Shown: piece after piece, positions 61,023-64,000 of the stretch
Layout of the letters: each line of letters opens with the position of its first letter
Numbering within the stretch: the first letter of the stretch is position 1
Origin: Gammaproteobacteria bacterium
GTDB taxonomy: Bacteria > Pseudomonadota > Gammaproteobacteria > JABABF01
Reading direction: 5' to 3'
DNA length: 64,000 nt
Assembly (NCBI GenBank): GCA_965237805.1
Contig: OZ250153.1
Span: forward strand, 864,001 to 928,000
Translations under genes and position numbers: made by a program
The notes under the pieces: generated by a model
Database searches by the model: none
Told to the model about the DNA's origin: nothing
The model's input: the letters and a program-made list of their open reading frames with translations, nothing else

Positions 61023-62810
61023 TTATAGCGCCCTTGCGCGTGCCTCCTCGTACAAAACAAAATCCTGATGGTAGATCTTTTGAATCCTTGCCCGGACTTG
61101 CGGGTCGTTTTCCACATAATCTCGCAGCGTGGAATATTGGAGCTGTGTGACTGTCAGTGGGGCTGGTTTGAACCCCATAAAGATGTTGTGTATTACCCCA
61201 ACCAGTCGACGTGGATGTGTCAAAAAATAATATATCCGACGCATCGTTCGAAGACCAAGGTGGAAGAAATCGAGCAAGGCTAGGTTGCTAGCACTTGTTG
61301 AGTGGATTCTGAACAGAGAATCATGTCTAAACTCAGCATTAAATCCAAGGATTTTGTTTAGTTTGTCAATGCCGGATTCAATACTTTCCTGTAAAAGCAC
61401 ATAGTCAATGTCACTGAGTGTCAATCCCTTACTTGACAAAAACTCATGCTGTGGGAATATATGCACATTATAAAATCGTCCTTCTATATAATCCAAAAAT
61501 AGGTTGAAACTATTTTTGACATCAACGCTTAAAACTTCATGCCACTTGGTTTGTATGGTTTCAGCAGAGCAGATGTCATATCTGTGCGTCTTGGCAAGGT
61601 GGAAGAAACCAGACACTGCCCTGTGAAATGGGTCGCGGATCACCACGATTGTACGGTGCCCATATGGCTCCACCTCTGAAAAACAAAACTCGTCCGCTAT
61701 GGTATATCCCCACATCTCAGCAAGGCTCGTCGACATATTTTTAGGGATATGGATCAATCCAAATGGTTGATTTGAGACGGTGTTGTCAAACATGCGGATT
61801 TCTTGCAAATCCACCTCCCTCCCGCCGAAGTTCTCTTTGAAATCAATCACCGGTGCTAGGGGGTTATTGCCGCTGAGTGCTTGTTTCAAATCCTTGGCCT
61901 GCGATAGCACATCGATGAGCTTGTGGCCGATGTGGCGAAAGCGTTGGATTTGCACAAGATGCCGGGATTGATCGCTCAGGCCATCGCCTAGTGGTGGGAC
62001 CTCCTGCTCAATGTAATAGTCGAGCTCGCGACGTAGAAATCCGGCACCTTCGTGATCAAAAATTCCTCGTATGCTATATTCCTCTAACCAATGGCGCACC
62101 CGGGCTGTGGAAACAGCATGTCCTAAAAGTTTCAGGCACCCACTAATGCGCTCCGCCACCTCTTTGTTTATGATGTGCTGACTGCGTTTTTGATCGTCGA
62201 CACGATGCTCTAAGTAAATGGTGGAGTGGTTGTATTGCTGGATCACAGGTTGATCTTCACGCAACATAAAACGGCGGTTTTTGTCGTTCGAAAATTTGAT
62301 ATCACCCTGCTCTGAGCTTGGCCCAACTGTTTTAAACTGTATCTCTCCAATAGGAAACCATACGATATAGTCACGGTAATACTTAATCGTTTGGATGGTG
62401 TGCCAGCTGTAGTTCCGCCAGTGGCGTTTGCTCGCTTTGTCCTCGGTGTAGTAGCGGCGGAAAAACCGACATAAGTGCCCATATATCTCGCGCTCCGCAG
62501 TGTGGGTATCCGCGCCCGCAAGCTCATGCTGTACCTGCAATGCCTGAGTCTTAGGTGATATCCCTGGATCCATCCTTGTGGGTTCAAGGCGCACAACTTC
62601 CGGATCGGGTGCTCGTTGCGCCTCGGCCTTGTCGTTGGAGTGGCATTCAGCAAGCACCCTGCGTATCTGTGGCGGCAGGCCATGTTCCAAAAATGCGTCC
62701 AGCTCTTCGCGGTGCGCGTTCATGTGCCGACAAATGCTAATGTCTACATCAACCTGACCCAGCTTAAACAGCGTTACGAGCTTGCCCTTTAGTGCGTAAA
62801 TCTTCTGCAT
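61023..62810 (-). CDS. Fusion of a type III R-M Mod-like N-terminal region and a Sulfotransfer_2-type sulfotransferase
   Basis: N-part LF.L...D.DI.I.R.MN, IY.HL..FFRRYY, GFLRRELDYYI, IGHKLID.L.Q; C-part IHIPKNMSTS, IRDPFHRAVSGF, H..PQ..FL, IY.QDF.LY. Confidence 0.75.
   Translation of the reverse strand: MQKIYALKGKLVTLFKLGQVDVDISICRHMNAHREELDAFLEHGLPPQIRRVLAECHSNDKAEAQRAPDPEVVRLEPTRMDPGISPKTQALQVQHELAGADTHTAEREIYGHLCRFFRRYYTEDKASKRHWRNYSWHTIQTIKYYRDYIVWFPIGEIQFKTVGPSSEQGDIKFSNDKNRRFMLREDQPVIQQYNHSTIYLEHRVDDQKRSQHIINKEVAERISGCLKLLGHAVSTARVRHWLEEYSIRGIFDHEGAGFLRRELDYYIEQEVPPLGDGLSDQSRHLVQIQRFRHIGHKLIDVLSQAKDLKQALSGNNPLAPVIDFKENFGGREVDLQEIRMFDNTVSNQPFGLIHIPKNMSTSLAEMWGYTIADEFCFSEVEPYGHRTIVVIRDPFHRAVSGFFHLAKTHRYDICSAETIQTKWHEVLSVDVKNSFNLFLDYIEGRFYNVHIFPQHEFLSSKGLTLSDIDYVLLQESIESGIDKLNKILGFNAEFRHDSLFRIHSTSASNLALLDFFHLGLRTMRRIYYFLTHPRRLVGVIHNIFMGFKPAPLTVTQLQYSTLRDYVENDPQVRARIQKIYHQDFVLYEEARARAL
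61026..61120. repeat. 95-bp direct repeat (second copy 62883-62977)
   Basis: 8 mismatches in 95 nt by manual alignment; 3' ends of the two paralogs. Confidence 0.93.
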
Positions 62811-62882
62811 AGCCAAGTTTTTTTCATCTTAATGGCATCGCTGTTTATTAGCTTGGAAGCCAGCCGCATCACAGCCGCTTTC

Positions 62883-64000
62883 TAGCGCCCTTGTGAGTGC
62901 CTCCTCGTACAAAACAAAATCCTGATGGTGGGGCTTTTGAATCCTTGCCCTGACTTGCGGGTCGTTTCCAACATAATAACACAGCATAGATTAAAGCTGT
63001 GGAGGTGGTTTTGTGGTGATTGGCATAGGGGCCAGAAAACCCATGAAAAACTCGTCGACTAGCCGGGGAAATTCAACTAGATTTATATATAAACGGTGTC
63101 CGTATAGCGCCGCCTCCGAAAAATCAAATGTTTGCTCTAAGCTCAATTGCCACATAGCCTCTAGGCTGGAGGAGGCATTCTTGGGGATGCTAATGTATAC
63201 GAAAGTCTCGGTGCCGAAGCTATCGATCAGGGAGCATGGCTCCGTCGCGCAATCCTCCTTAAAATAAGTGGTCGACACAAGGCTTTGCTTTAGCCTGAGA
63301 TCTTGTTTTAAATTCTTGGCCTCCGCCAAAAAATCGAAGAATCTGTAAGCGATCCGGCGGAGAGCTATGGTGATCCGAGTAAATCGCTCTGGATTGATTG
63401 GGGTTGCCTTAATGTAGGCGTCAAGCTCGCTGCGCAGAAAGCCAGCAACATGGTGATCAAAGGCGGATCGGTTGAGATAATATAATAAATTTCCATACAG
63501 AAGTTTGGCTGGCAAATAGCGCCTCCACTTGGCCAGTTTGGCATCGTCCAAGCTGACGATGATGGCTTCGTGATATTCCTGCAGATGACATTCAAATTGT
63601 CTTTTTGATCGTCGACGATACGATTCTCGAAATGCAGCTCCAAGCGGATTCCATCTGGGGTGACTGGCTTGTCTGCACGCAACAGCGGGCGCAGCTTGGC
63701 ACCTTCAGCCAATTCGACATCGCCCTGCCCCGCAGCAGTCTTGAAAGCCAAATAATAGCCGCGCGGATTAACCTTGACGAGTACCGAGCCACTTTGATAT
63801 CGTACCGGCTGTAGTGACCCCAGTGGTGTTTTTCCGCCCCTTCCTCACCGTAGTAGCGGCGGAAAAATCGACATGGGTGCTGGTAGACTGCGTGCGCTAC
63901 AGCTGTGGCGTCGCCACTGGCCAGCTCAGACTGCGCCCCCAATGCCCATGGCTCGGCAGACTGTTGCGGAGCTCCCCCGGCGAATTCTCCCCGCAGCTCG
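62883..64000 (-). pseudogene. Decayed tandem paralog of the Mod-N/sulfotransferase fusion (runs off the window)
   Basis: VYQHPCRFFRRYY, GFLRSELDAYI, ISIPKNASSS spread over three frames; premature TAA at 62991; internal deletion. Confidence 0.85.

Noticed and set aside
62817-62827. A7 tract after an out-of-frame ATG as a phase-variation switch
   Set aside because: Tract is short and an in-frame ATG at 62810 gives a sensible start

Overview
GC-rich bacterial chromosome segment, probably a gammaproteobacterium (inferred from comF-bioBFHCD-acyl-CoA dehydrogenase synteny, engB and cyoE-sco); the gene content would fit a marine or host-associated lineage. Core genes: modABC, a biotin operon with a BioH-BioC fusion, tRNA-Pro(CGG), glycine riboswitch-gcvTHP, mhpF/mhpE-like genes and many actinobacterial-style lipid/steroid oxidoreductases and sulfotransferases. 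Several AT-richer accessory inserts stand out. (1) A tightly coupled three-gene cassette encoding a DGQHR/DndB-like protein, a HEPN-like protein and an N6-adenine methylase (41.7-45.7 kb) is the best candidate for an undescribed defence system. (2) A fusion of a type III R-M Mod-like N-terminal region to a PAPS-dependent sulfotransferase has a decayed tandem copy (61-64 kb). (3) A non-autonomous IS1595 element with TIRs and an 8-bp TSD carries a methylase-endonuclease passenger and splits a BRCT gene. (4) An islet next to the tRNA holds a Pro-rich peptide plus SLATT-like membrane protein, an Och1/Anp1-like double glycosyltransferase and an amplified KAP NTPase array. Several inserts are flanked by degenerate copies of the ends of neighbouring genes. 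All family calls come from reading motifs by eye; no searches were run.
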